DNA of 64,000 bases, from positions 106,020,001 to 106,084,000 of the forward strand of contig OX597820.1 in assembly GCA_951406725.2 (NCBI GenBank), in the 5' to 3' direction. The notes under the pieces were generated by a model that saw only the letters and a list, made by a program, of their open reading frames with translations, was not told the origin of the DNA and ran no database searches. The DNA is from Octopus vulgaris (lineage: Eukaryota). Below are positions 52,375-64,000 of this stretch, piece after piece (within the stretch, counting starts at the first letter, position 1; each line of letters opens with the position of its first letter). Position numbers and translations under genes: made by a program.

Positions 52375-53950
52375 TTTTTTTTTTTTATTGTAGCTATTTT
52401 ATTAAATTATGATTGGTTAAATAAAACAATAAATAACAAGTAATATCTAAAAAGGTTTGTCAGTCTGCCGCCATGGTCCCAGCAGGCAAAATTGTAAAGG
52501 TGTTGCCCCAGAGAATGGTGAAAGAAGATGTGCCGGAACAGCCACTCTGACTTATGGGTCTCATACTTGTGGATAGCTATCTCTCCTGTGATAGTGGTGA
52601 GCAGGAGTGTGGTCTGGGAGTCAAGAATATTGGAAGTCTCCACTGTCACAAGCTTGACTACAAATCTGTAGGAGATTGGTCGATACTTTGAGAGTTTGCC
52701 CTTCTTGATGTGATGAACAATGAAACATGTGGTAGCAGCTGAACACACCAGGCTGCCACTGGAGAAGGGGTCACTGCTTTTGGCATCCCAGATGAGGGGC
52801 CTATCACTGCAGAACAGGAAAACAATCATGCTATCTGGCCTTTTATTGTCCCCTCAGTCTAGCCTTGCTAGCATGAGCTGATAATGAAGCCTGCAACATT
52901 TAGGACATACCTTATGATCTCATTGAGAGCAGCATGGTGTAGAATGCAGTCAGCACCATATTGGCATGACAACAGTTGGAGGCTGAAAAATCCACAGCAG
53001 CATTTGTGTGGCTCACAGATTTTGAGGTCAAGCCTTATGGGAAACACCAATATGCAGACAACTGCTATCAAGCTGAGTGCTAGTTAAGAGTGAATGGCAC
53101 TGTGTTGAGCCAGGCACTGCTACGGAGCTGGGAGGCCAAACAGAAACATGCTACGTGGTACTGGTCAAGTTGGCATCCCTTTTGTTTGGGAGGTGTCCAA
53201 GTGTCCACAGAAAGGAGATGGGGATGGATGTCCACAGGATGGAGGGCAAGATGGCTCCATGTCATCTCAACCCTGTTGATGAGGACATAGCAAGAGGTGA
53301 CTGATGAAAGAAATGCCAGCAGGGCCAGTGTGACCAGAGACTGAAGGCTGCCATATCTGACAGGTAAAGTGGCCTGTTCCCATCCAGAGTCGTTGAACTG
53401 GACATTGCATATCTCTTCAGTGGCCTGTTGAATACAGGCATTGAGATCTGTGAGGAGAGATGCGTGGCTGTAGCAAGGGGCACAGTGGAAGGTATACAGA
53501 ATGTTCAGCATGATGAAGCATTTCCTTAATGGGAAGAATGCTGGCTGGTGGTTGTTGATCACATTAAGTCTACTCATCAGAGTTTCGAGCTGGTGAAGCC
53601 TGGATCTGAAGCAGGAGGATGGGCAAACAAAGGATAAAGACGTCCTCTTTCAAGGTCATTACTGCACCAGGTGAAGTAATGATCACATATCCGAAACAGA
53701 AGCCATGAAGCCCTCTGTGTTGTAGTTGATGTTCCTGACCTCTGATTTTGACATGATAATCTTGGGGCTAATTCTTGCCAGAACAGGAACCAGTGATTGG
53801 AAACATTAACCGACACTCTACGAGTCTTCCCACCATCACATTGTTCAGGCACCTGACATAATACTCCAAGCAATTCTGTTCAACCCAAGAGCAAAGTGGA
53901 GGGAGTCCAACGGATCACCCTGCTGAATGCCAGACAAAGATAGTCAAAGA
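52375..53950 (-). mobile_element. CRE-like non-LTR retrotransposon, decayed 3' portion
   Basis: WEQATLPVRYG, SSAWLNTVP, RLDLKICEPHKCCCG, HAALNEII, LIWDA and VETS motifs across ORFs 53080-53577, 52868-53071 and 52407-52829; A-rich tail near 52375. Confidence 0.75.
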
Positions 53951-53957
53951 TAGTCAA

Positions 53958-54076
53958 AGAAGAAGAAGAAGAAGAAGAAGAAGAAGAAGAAGAAGAAGAA
54001 GAAGAAGAAGAAGAAGAAGAAGAAGAAGAAGAAGAAGAAGAAGAAGAAGAAGAAGAAGAAGAAGAAGAAGAAGAAG
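53958..54076. repeat. (GAA)n microsatellite
   Basis: Pure tract of ~120 bp between the CRE-like and Tigger relics. Confidence 0.97.
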
Positions 54077-55372
54077 CCAACAAAGAAACCACCAAGAAGT
54101 ACCTCAAGACTTTCAGACAGATTGTCAAAGACAAAGAATACAAGCCGGAACAGGTTTTTGATAAGGATGAGGCTGGCTTCTTCTGGAAGAAGGTGTCTTC
54201 CAGAATGTACATCATGAAGGACGAAGGCAGAACCCCAGGATTTAAGGCACAGAAGGACAGAGTGATGCTAATTACATGTGGCAGTGCTGCTGTCTTCATG
54301 GTGAAACCAGAACTTATCTACAAGTCCGCGACCCCGAGGGCCTTCAAAAATAAGAATAAAAACCTGCTGCCTGTCCACTGGATGCCCAACCTCAAGGCCT
54401 GGATTACCAAAAGTCTAACTTTGAATTGGTTCCACCAATGCTGCATCCCTCAAACCAAGGAATACCTCCAAAATGTTTGCATGGAATTCAAGGGATTGCT
54501 TGTTATGGATAATGCTGGTGGTCACACTTTGGATTTAGATCACGAGGGAGCTCAAGTTGAGTTCCTCCCTGCCAACACCACCTCTCTCATCCAGCCTATG
54601 GATCAAGGCATGATCTGTGCCTTCAAGGTACTTTATACTCGGAACTCTCCAATACCTTGTAGACCAAGCTAAAGGAGTACCAGTGCAACTTCAAGATCGC
54701 AATGTGCCTGTCAGTCATCCATGCTGCACTTAAAGCTTGAAAAAAGAAACCCACATTGCTTGCTGGAAGAAGGTGTGGCCAGGGAGTGTCCAGGAATATG
54801 AGGGCTTCTCACCTGAAGTTATTCAGCACAAGGCTGGCTGTCAACAATGTAGTGAGACTGGCAAAAGTACTTGGTGGTGAAGTTTTGATGACATCACACA
54901 AGATGAGGTCAACGACCTCATTGATGCCCACTCTGAAACCCTGACAGACGAAGAGGAGGAGGAAGAGCTAGATCAAGAGGAAGAGGAGGATGAAGTGGGC
55001 CTGACAATCATACATCTGTCTGACCTTTTAAGGATAGAAAAGGAATTGCAAGGGAAGGTGGAAGCATGGGATCCCTATATAGTTCTGTCTCTCCAATTTA
55101 AAAATGCCATCAATGCTGTTATGCAAACAAAACTCTCTTCACCACCATGAAGGAACAACAACAGCAACTTCCCATCACGATGTTCCTCAAGCCCACCAAG
55201 AAAACTTTTGCATGCAGATACATCCCTTAAAACACCTGAAGAACAGGTGTCACCTGAAGAGCTTTAAATCTTCTTTGCTGTGCAGTCATTACTTTCATTA
55301 TTTTCATCATCTTAAATCCATATCATTCATTATTAGTGAGTAACCATACATTTTACTTTAATTTTAATTAGA

Positions 55373-55424
<52 letters not shown>

Positions 55425-55609
55425 CATACAGATAAGGAAATAATTTTATTCTCAAACACAGGATAATGCTAATGATATAGCATGAACAGGATAAACTATC
55501 CATATTTTGCAGAAAAAAATCTGTTGGTGGCCAGCCAGATTTTCCTTATCTGTATCTTTCAATACATCTCAATGCTTCTTAAGCAAACTTTGTTGACTTC
55601 CAATGTAAG

Positions 55610-55644
<35 letters not shown>

Positions 55645-56784
55645 ACAATAGGAAAAAGCAGAAAGCACAAAGGAGTTAAGAAAAGTTCAAAACCTTCAAA
55701 ACCTTCAAACGACATGGTGTATAGGAGCGATTTCTCATCAACAGAAGAGTCCAGTGTAATCCATGGGTAGGAGAGGTGCAGCTGAAGTGTAGGAGAGTAG
55801 AAAGTTCAGGTGGAGAATTCAGGTAGAATAGTCTGAAGTGTAGAAGGTGTAGAAAATCCAAGGAAAGTTCATTGGGTTAAGAGGTGAAGACAGGATCAAA
55901 CTGCTGTGACCACATGAGCGTGTAATATATGGGGAGAATTCACGAAAAACAAAAGATGAAGACAGGTGGTGTAGACAACAAACAGATGTATTAGTTTAAC
56001 ACCCGGAAAGTGAAAAAGCCTTTAACATTTCGACCCTATGTTCTTCCACAGAAAGAAACGGAGAGAAAATAAAGAATGTGTAGTGGCTAGCGATCTATCA
56101 TGGTGAATGCTGGACAGAGGGGTCACACAGGAGAACTTCCTCCTACCCACCTCTCCTCTCTTGCTCTGACTCCTACTTCTTCTCTCTTCACTGTCACCCC
56201 TCCCTCGTAATCGTACACAATTATACATGCTCTCTTATACACACACATGTGCACCTTCGTTTTGGAATCACCACTACTTTATTATCTCCCGTTCTTCCTA
56301 GCTCTTCTGTGTGACCCCTCTGTCCGGCATTTGCCATGATAGATCGCTAACCATATTCTTTATTTTCTTTCTGTAGAAGAGCGTAGGATCGAAATGTTAA
56401 AAACTTTTTCACTTCCCAAGCATTATACTAATACATCTGTTCGTTGTCTACTCCACCTATCTTCGTCTTTTGTTTTTTTGTCAATTCTCCCCATATATTA
56501 CACACTCATGTGGTCACACCAGTTTGATCCTGTCTTCACCTCTTAACCCAATGAACTTTCCTTGGGTTTTCTACACCTTCTACACTTTGGACTATTTTAC
56601 ATGGATTCTTCACCTGAATTTTTTACTCTCCGACACTTCAGCTGCACCTCTCCTACCCATGGATTACACTGGACTCTGTTGATGAGAAATCACTCCTATA
56701 CACCATGTTGTTTGAAGGTTTTGAAGCTTTTGAACTCTTCTTAACTTATATATATATGTCTATAAATGTCAAAATATAACATTA

Positions 56785-56822
<38 letters not shown>

Positions 56823-56994
56823 ATCATCATCATCATTTAAATGGATGTTAAATGATGATGATGATATATATAATATTTAATGTTATATTTTGACATTTAT
56901 AGACATTTTTATGGACTATGACCAATATTTGTGGTTTTTCAGTATTCGCAGGTGCTCTAAGAATGTAAGCCCCATGAATACCGGAGGACTACTG
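54077..56994 (+). mobile_element. Tigger/pogo-type DNA transposon relic, interrupted by later insertions
   Basis: QVFDKDEAGFFWK, KAWIT, LVMDNAGGH and FLPANTTSLIQPMDQG (ORF 54193-54672) plus acidic tail. Probable right TIR ...gaataccggaggactactg+TA ends at 56994. Confidence 0.85.
55674..56746. repeat. Head-to-head inverted pair (~450-bp arms) of a probable Penelope-type terminal repeat, each arm with a hammerhead-like motif
   Basis: Arms 55674-56137 and 56300-56746. ctgtagaagagcgtaggatcgaaatgttaa at 56371-56400, mirrored at ~56020-56056. Confidence 0.8.
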
Positions 56995-59074
56995 TATATA
57001 TATAGCCTTGGGCCGGCCAATGTCTTTTGAGTTGACTCGGTAGACAGAAACTGAAAGAAGCATGCCCTGTGTGTGTGTTTATATATATATATATATATAA
57101 AAGTATATATATATATGTATGTGTGTATGTTTGTGTGTCTGTGTTTGTCCCCCCCCAACATCGCTTGACAACCGATGTTGGTATGTTTACGACCCTGTAA
57201 CTTAGCAGTTTGGCAAAGAGACTGATAGAATTAGTAAGCTTAGAAAGAGTAGGTCCTGGGGTTAATTTGTTTGACTAAAACCCTTCAAGGCAGTGCTCCA
57301 ACATGGCCATGGTCAAAATGATTGAAACAAGTAAAAGAATAAAAGATGTAAAATAAATGCAAATTCGTCTGTCTCTCCACAAAACAGAAAGGTAATTAAT
57401 AAAAATTAAAACAATAATAGAATTAATGAAAGAAAAGGCACTCCAAGGAAAAGCTTAAAAGTTTGATAAATTCACAGAAAAAAAGTTCCTGTTAGAAGCA
57501 AACTCATACTTTTTTTTCTGTAAGAAAAGACAATGCAATGTAATTAACAAGAGGCAAATTTCTTGCTAAAAAGTATTAGCAACACAGTATGTTCAGAAAT
57601 ACCTTACAGGAGAAAATTCTCCAAAGCTATATTATCTTGTTAAAAATAACAGCACAAAGTTTATTGTTTTGATTCTGAAGTGTATTAAGTGTGTGGGAGT
57701 GGATGACAGAGAGGTCCTTTTGCTAGAAACAATAGTCTGAGTTCATTTTGGTTCTTTACAATGAAAAATAGCTCTTTTTTTTTCAATTAGTGTGCCACTA
57801 ATTAGCTATTTGATCTTCAGCATATTGTTATTGTTTAGCTTCGACTGAGACATAAATGAGCAGACCCCTGTTTAAAGACATTCCAGATGCGATTAAGCCA
57901 TCTTTATTTCCTTGGTGTCAATAAGTTTCTCAAGTTATGATTGCAGTTTTACTCAGTTTGGATATGCAGTATCTCAAGAACATATGTGTAGGAGTACCCA
58001 AAAGAAACCGGAATTTTGCAATATTATTTTATTCACTTTGCTTTACATGTTTACACTTTTATCACCATCATTTCAAGCAATGCATTGATCTAGATGCATT
58101 TTCCACTGCTTGAAGCAGAGCTCCTTTTAATGACTCCATCATTTTTTTCTTTACCTCTCCCATATCTGCAAATTCTGTAGCACCAATATGAAATTCTGTA
58201 AATTTATGTTCAAAGCACCAACTGAATTTACTAAATTCTTCATTATTTCAAAAATTAATTGAACCATAGGCAGAATATTTCAACACATAAATGATAACAG
58301 AAGTTAAAACTATAGCCATAAGTGAAATAAATACTTTATTTTACTGCTTGCTTAGTAAAGCAAACTAGCTAAATGTTAGGGGAATATTATCATCAACCTC
58401 TAACATCTGTTTTCCATGCTGACATGTGTTGAACGGTTCAACCAGAGCTGGCAAGCAAGAGAACTGCACCAGATTCCAGTCTGCTTTGGCATGGTTTCTA
58501 CAGCTGTATGCCCTTCCTAACACCAACCACTTTACAGTGTGTGCTGAGTGCTTTTAACGTGGCACCAGCACAAGCGCTGTTAAGTGGCAATGGCACAAGT
58601 ACTTTTTATGTAGCACCAGCACAGGACTCTTACAGGATAATTCTCTTCATTAGAGGCGGGGGTGGGGGGGCAGCATTAACACTTCTGCTGTGGAGGACGA
58701 AGTCTTCTTGAGTACACCAAGGCATTAGATGTCTTGGTCCTTTGTCATCCCCTTCACAAAGTTCAGTGTTCTGAAGTTGTACTTCAGTACTTTGTCCCAC
58801 GTCTTCTTGGGTCTCCCTCTTCCATGAGTTCCATCCATTTTGCATGATTGGCACTTCTTTATGGAGCTGTTGATGGAGTAGTTACCTGCATCAAAGGTGA
58901 CTAGTAAAAAGAGTGACAGAACAAGTCATGATACTGAGAATACTAATTGAGAATGTTTTTATGAAGTGTATTTAGGCAAAGTCACCTGTTTTGGATTTTT
59001 TAAAGTTTTACACTTAGGTGGTGAATCAACAAGAGATGCCTAGGTGTGTGTGTGTGCATGTGTGTGTATACGAG

Positions 59075-59077
59075 GGA

Positions 59078-59156
<79 letters not shown>
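59075..59156. repeat. (AG)n microsatellite
   Basis: Read directly. Confidence 0.97.
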
Positions 59157-59158
<2 letters not shown>

Positions 59159-61217
59159 ACTGGCGAGGATGTGTGATTCAGAAGTTTACTTCCCAACCAC
59201 ATAGTTGTGAGGTTCAGTCCCACTGCATGTCATCTTGGGTATCTTCCACTACAGCTCTACCAACCAAAGCCTTGTGAGTGGATTTTGTGGATGGAATCCG
59301 AAAGAAGCCCATTGTGATGTATATATGTGTGTTTGTGCTCCTCATCCAGCATGCCTGTCGCTAAGGAGATGCACTGGATGGCACTGCCCCCTCAGATTTA
59401 GAAAATACAGTTTACAAAAATTTTCCTGCAATACAAATTAGTACCCACCCAGAATATTCTGAAACAGCGCCAGGCACCAAAGTTCAGTGACAGGCCTGTC
59501 ACTGGAACATTGCATGATTGTTTTAAATGAATGTCATTCGTTTCTAATATTCTATGGAAATATTATTTTGTTTGGAAACAGAAAAGAGTTAGCAACTGGA
59601 GAGGCATAAGGCTGCAGAAGATCCGCCTCAATAACACTGCGTTCAGCCTATGTAAGCATGGAAAAGTGGGGGCTAAAACAATGATGCAATGATACAAACT
59701 AACTGCACTGAAGATTTAAATAATGGATGAATCTGCTGCAAAGTCAGTTACTTTATTTTCCAATAAAGTGATTTAAAATAATTACGAAATAAAGTGTTTC
59801 ATTATTTCCAAAAATCATAAAAGAACAATGTACTATTTAATAATAGTATAATATTGATTAAAACGAAAAAAAAACAAAAAAAAGAAACGGTTCTCAAGGG
59901 AAGTAACTCTAATGGAGTTACCGCCCATGTACGCCTATCAGTAATTATATGGATTTTTCTTAAATATATATTCTTTTTATTTTTGGAATGATTTCAGGCA
60001 TTGGACTACCGCCACGCTAGTAGAGTTTTAGATATTTATAGTCTGTTACTTAATTTGTCGACTTCTATTTATTGAATGGCAAAGTTTAAATACTGCGTTA
60101 CGTCTTTTTACAAATGTAAATATTACAAGCTATTTGCAGATGTACACACACACATACACATATGTAAAGTGGTTGTCATTAAGACCATGCTGACGAAGAC
60201 ACTGGTGCTGCCTGAGGCAGTTCTCCTCCAACTTGTCAGATATTAAATCATCCAACCTACGCCAGGATTGAATCTGGACATTAAATAACGTTGATGATAA
60301 TGATGCGACAAGATTTGCTGGGTGGGACAAACGGGTAACTGAGACAAAATGAGTAATTTCTGATTTCTCCAAATTTTCTCTTCACCTGTTTAAAACCATT
60401 ACATTGCAAACACTGCATCATTATTTTGTATTTTTGCATCATCTTTAGAAGTAAAAAATGGTCGGTAGGGTTGTTGTTGAAGTTGAGGGAGCCGAAATCA
60501 TAGACAGGTGGCATGTCTTCATTTTATGAGAAATTTTTCAACTAATAAAATATCTGGACAATTTTTGTGTTTAACAATCAATATTCTTTTCTCTGTTGGA
60601 TTCCGAGTCAATTTTTCCAAACTAATATCTAATTTGATTTTCAATTTTCAAAAACCGATGTAAAATGAAAAATGACTAATTTCAATGATTTCTTTTCTTT
60701 AACCGCATGGTATGTAAATGTATCAGGAAGAGAGCCACTCCAGCAGATGGTGAAGAAGCTATAGAGAATATTTTATGTTGGTTTCAGATTTAGTCAAGAT
60801 TCGTCAATTTCATATCAAGTGCCATTTCCATTTGACTTATATATTTAAATATTTTTTGGCTTTCCTGATGTCTAAGAATGGATATTGATGAATGGCCCAA
60901 TCCTAAGCATGCACCTGTAGATTGGAGAACAGCAGTTGGGTGAGGGCTCATGCCATTGGTGGTCAAGAAGGGAATTCTTGATCTGTGGGGTTTCCTGATT
61001 AGAGTTCCTCCTGTATCTGTGAGGTTCCCTAGTTGGAGTTCCTCCTGTATCAAAAGGACTGCATCATTCATGCAATCACATACTTTGTAAACTATGTATA
61101 CTTTTATTGTATTTCACTCCTTTCCATTTATTTCTACTCATTTTTCATGTGACCCCCATAAAAATTGTGGATTGTTCATCTATGACCCTGTGGCTAATAA
61201 AAGAAATTATTATTATT

Positions 61218-61435
61218 AAGGCGCGAAGCTGGTAGAATCGTTACTGTGCTAGACTTAGTGGCATTTCTTTCAATGTTTTACATTCTGAGTTTAAATGTCG
61301 CCAAGGTTGACTTTGCCCTTCATCCTTTCAGGGTCAGTAAAATAAGTATGAGTACTGGAGTTGATGTAACTGACAAATCTGTTCTCCACAAGTTTCAGGC
61401 CTTGTACCTATAGTAGAAAGGATTATTATTATTAT
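61218..61435 (+). mobile_element. SINE family B copy
   Basis: aaggcgcgaagctggtagaatcgtta...gtagaaaggattattatt, flanked by ATT repeats. Confidence 0.85.
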
Positions 61436-62761
61436 TTTGTACGTGTGTAGGAACATTACTGCCTTTAGAAATAAAGGATCCTTGTTTGAATCCAGGATGG
61501 CAGTAAGTACATGGCAAGGAATAAGACACCCCACTTACGATCGGAGTCCAAGCTAGATGTCGAAGCAGTGTATGTGTATGGTTATTAGAAAATGTCTAAA
61601 TTACCTTATGAGAAAAACGCTTTTGGGGCTAATGCAGTTCCACACCTCTCCTTGAAAAATGCATTTAAAAAAAAAATTCGGATCCCTACGTTTTAGATGT
61701 CGGAGATTACGAATATGCAAAAAAAATTTATTTCTTTTGTAAATTGCAAACAATATTCATCTTGATTAGTCGGTCTTAACATAACGTTATTCAGTACAAC
61801 ATATAAACATTCTTTGTTGACAGACGGAAAGATTGCCTGATTTCAAGGTCACCAATAAAAAAAGGACCAAAAATCATTGAGAAAATCTTACGTAATTAAA
61901 TTAACAATTGCTGAGATGATGATTTATCGACAATTTAAATAATTTACATTTAATCAGAAATTTGATGACGAGAATTTCGATTGTGAAACCAAAAGTAGAT
62001 TTCTCGACACAGGGACCCTCGACTCACGGTTTCCATATTCACAGAAGAAATGCAAACATGTAATTTACATATATCTATTTTCCATGAGCTTTAAAAACAA
62101 GCTTCACTAGAAATAGCGTGTTCTGCTAGTAGAAGCAACCAAATTTCCCTCAAATCACACCCATCGTCTTATAAAACAACAAATACATAAAAACGAAGGC
62201 AAAATGCTGTCTGCTGGCCACGAGACAGGAACCCTTATTCTCACATTTTAAAACCAATCGAAAACAAAACTCAGAATATTTTGTCTATTTTCTTATTCTT
62301 TTTATCAAAATAAAATTGTCATTTCCAATTAAATTCGCTTTCGCTTTTCCGGAATTACATGTAACATGTTATGTTCAACTTCTCAAACTGAATGGAGTTT
62401 CCACATTGATTCAACAAAGTTATGGGAATATTTTGCAAATTGATGATATTGTAATTGAGTAGATGACATTTTGTGGTCTAAATTTCAAATGATTGTAAAC
62501 AGCATTTCGTTTGACAATGTTTATAGCAAACCAGTCTTTAGGATTTTCTTTCTTTAGCAGAAGTAAGATTAAATAAAACAAAGTGAATAACTTTTATTCA
62601 CAAAACATACTTGCTAATTTCAGTTAAGGGTCCAGATGAATGCATTCTCATAAATAAATACAAACAAAATTCTAAAATGTTTTATGTAATATTCTTTGAA
62701 GAACAAAGAGTTTGTAAAGTTACTCCATGTGTCTCGAGTCCGACTGAATAATAAACAAACT

Positions 62762-62989
62762 TCAACGCAACTTGTCCTCGTCAAGCAATTCTTTATACTT
62801 CTTACTACGCTCTACTCTTTTTTCTAGTATTTCTTCATATTTTTTTATCCGTTCGGTTTTAAAATAATTATCCACATCATCGATTTTCTGAGACAGTTTC
62901 TTGTAAGGTTCCAGGTTCAAAAATACCGCTGTTAAACCTATTGTATACAATAGGGTTCCAAATACAAAAATTTTCCGAAAGCGGAACAT
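62762..62989 (-). CDS. Putative 75-aa single-pass membrane protein of unknown family
   Basis: MFRFRK + hydrophobic IFVFGTLLYTIGLTAVFL + charged helical tail; not microsatellite-derived; minus-strand AATAAA at 62593-62598. No homolog recognised. Confidence 0.45.
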   Translation of the reverse strand: MFRFRKIFVFGTLLYTIGLTAVFLNLEPYKKLSQKIDDVDNYFKTERIKKYEEILEKRVERSKKYKELLDEDKLR

Positions 62990-64000
62990 TTTCGTTCCTT
63001 TCATAAATCCTCTGTCCCCTGATCCTTTGATCTCCCTTCCTTCCATTCTTAAAATATTTGTCAGGAACATTTTACAGTAGATTTGCTTTATTTTCCAAGC
63101 AAATCTCAAATTTCGATTGTTTTCTTTTTTCCCACGACACCGGTTCAAGAGTGATAACTCTTGAATTCAAACAAGTAGATTTTCATTGATTTAATGCTGT
63201 TCCTTACAAACTTTTTTCCGGCCCCTACAGTCTTGGGTTTCGTATCACTTATCCCTAAAAACATTATTCGGAGCAACAATTTTGTAAAGGTAGTAGAAAA
63301 TTTCATTAATTCAAGGGAAAAATATTTAAGTACAAAACATGAAATTTTTCTTCCAATGTATGACAAGCAAAAATAGGGAAGAAAAAAAAAAGGAAAAGGA
63401 AAAGCTAGTGGAGTTCACTAATTTGAAAAAAATATATTTAATTCTGAAAATAAAGTTTTCTAGAATTGTAATTTTAAGTGCATGACGAAAAAGAATAATT
63501 ATGGCTGGAAAAAGAAAAGAATATATCAAGTCATAAGATATAGCTACTTCTAAACTCTGCCCTAGTAAGATTGAGTGACAACAACTATTTCTCAGTTTAT
63601 TAGAAATACTATTAATCCTACGGTCTCCAAATAATCTAGTAGTTGAGACAGTGGGATTCACATACTCTGAGATTATCAATTTAATTCTTTTTCTATATAG
63701 TTTCCTTTAAATGATTTTACCTGCAACTTATCAATAATTTCAACACTTAACTGTTGATAATGGAATAAAGTCATTTCAAGATATCCAATCCTTTCTTTTT
63801 TCTAACTGAACTGATTTCAACTAAAATGTGTTTCCAGGGAAGATGGCAAGTGGTAATTGATTTTTGAAATAATATTTTCTATCATCAATTAAAATTATAA
63901 CTTTTTCAGTGTGTAGCAAAGTTTGACTGAATCAACCTGGCTGCTTTATCTATTGTAACACTGGCACAAACATTTAAAACACTTAATAACACTGGGTAAC

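Noticed and set aside
54193-54672. Domesticated TIGD/CENP-B-like host gene
   Set aside because: 5'-truncated at (GAA)n, frameshifted downstream, and a TIR is retained: a transposon relic.
60985-61051. ~31-bp tandem duplication as a CRISPR-like array
   Set aside because: Only two adjacent copies with no spacers, in a eukaryotic context.
63326-63679. 117-aa minus-strand ORF, or alternative genetic code reading on the plus strand
   Set aside because: No recognisable motif. The plus frame has both TGA and TAA stops, so no single code reassignment opens it.

Overview
Eukaryotic, AT-rich, microsatellite- and SINE-dense DNA whose repeat families look like an octopus (coleoid cephalopod) genome; the taxon is inferred, not database-checked. 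One host gene is well supported: the last four + strand exons (23251-23377, 26817-26902, 27844-27940, 29044-29047) and a ~3.3 kb 3'UTR of an ALP/PDLIM-type PDZ-LIM protein. The first ~23 kb is probably intronic. The rest is mostly mobile DNA: two full-length decayed mariners, Tc1 and Tigger/pogo relics, Dong/R4 LINEs stacked in a (TAA)n tract, CRE-like and RTE fragments, at least five SINE or SINE-like families and many Penelope-like (GIY-YIG) pieces. The most unusual signals are: (i) hammerhead ribozymes tied to Penelope-type termini, one inside a near-perfect 420-bp fold-back whose second arm starts at the predicted cleavage site, and one with a greatly extended stem II; (ii) a dense series of long inverted repeats from 36.8 to 57 kb; (iii) a terminal intron whose retention or removal gives the same stop codon; (iv) a compositionally different, CpG-retaining segment at ~60-64 kb with possible tiny introns and a small orphan membrane-protein ORF. 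Nearly all ORFs in the supplied track are microsatellite or antisense artefacts. Repeat boundaries were read by eye and are approximate.
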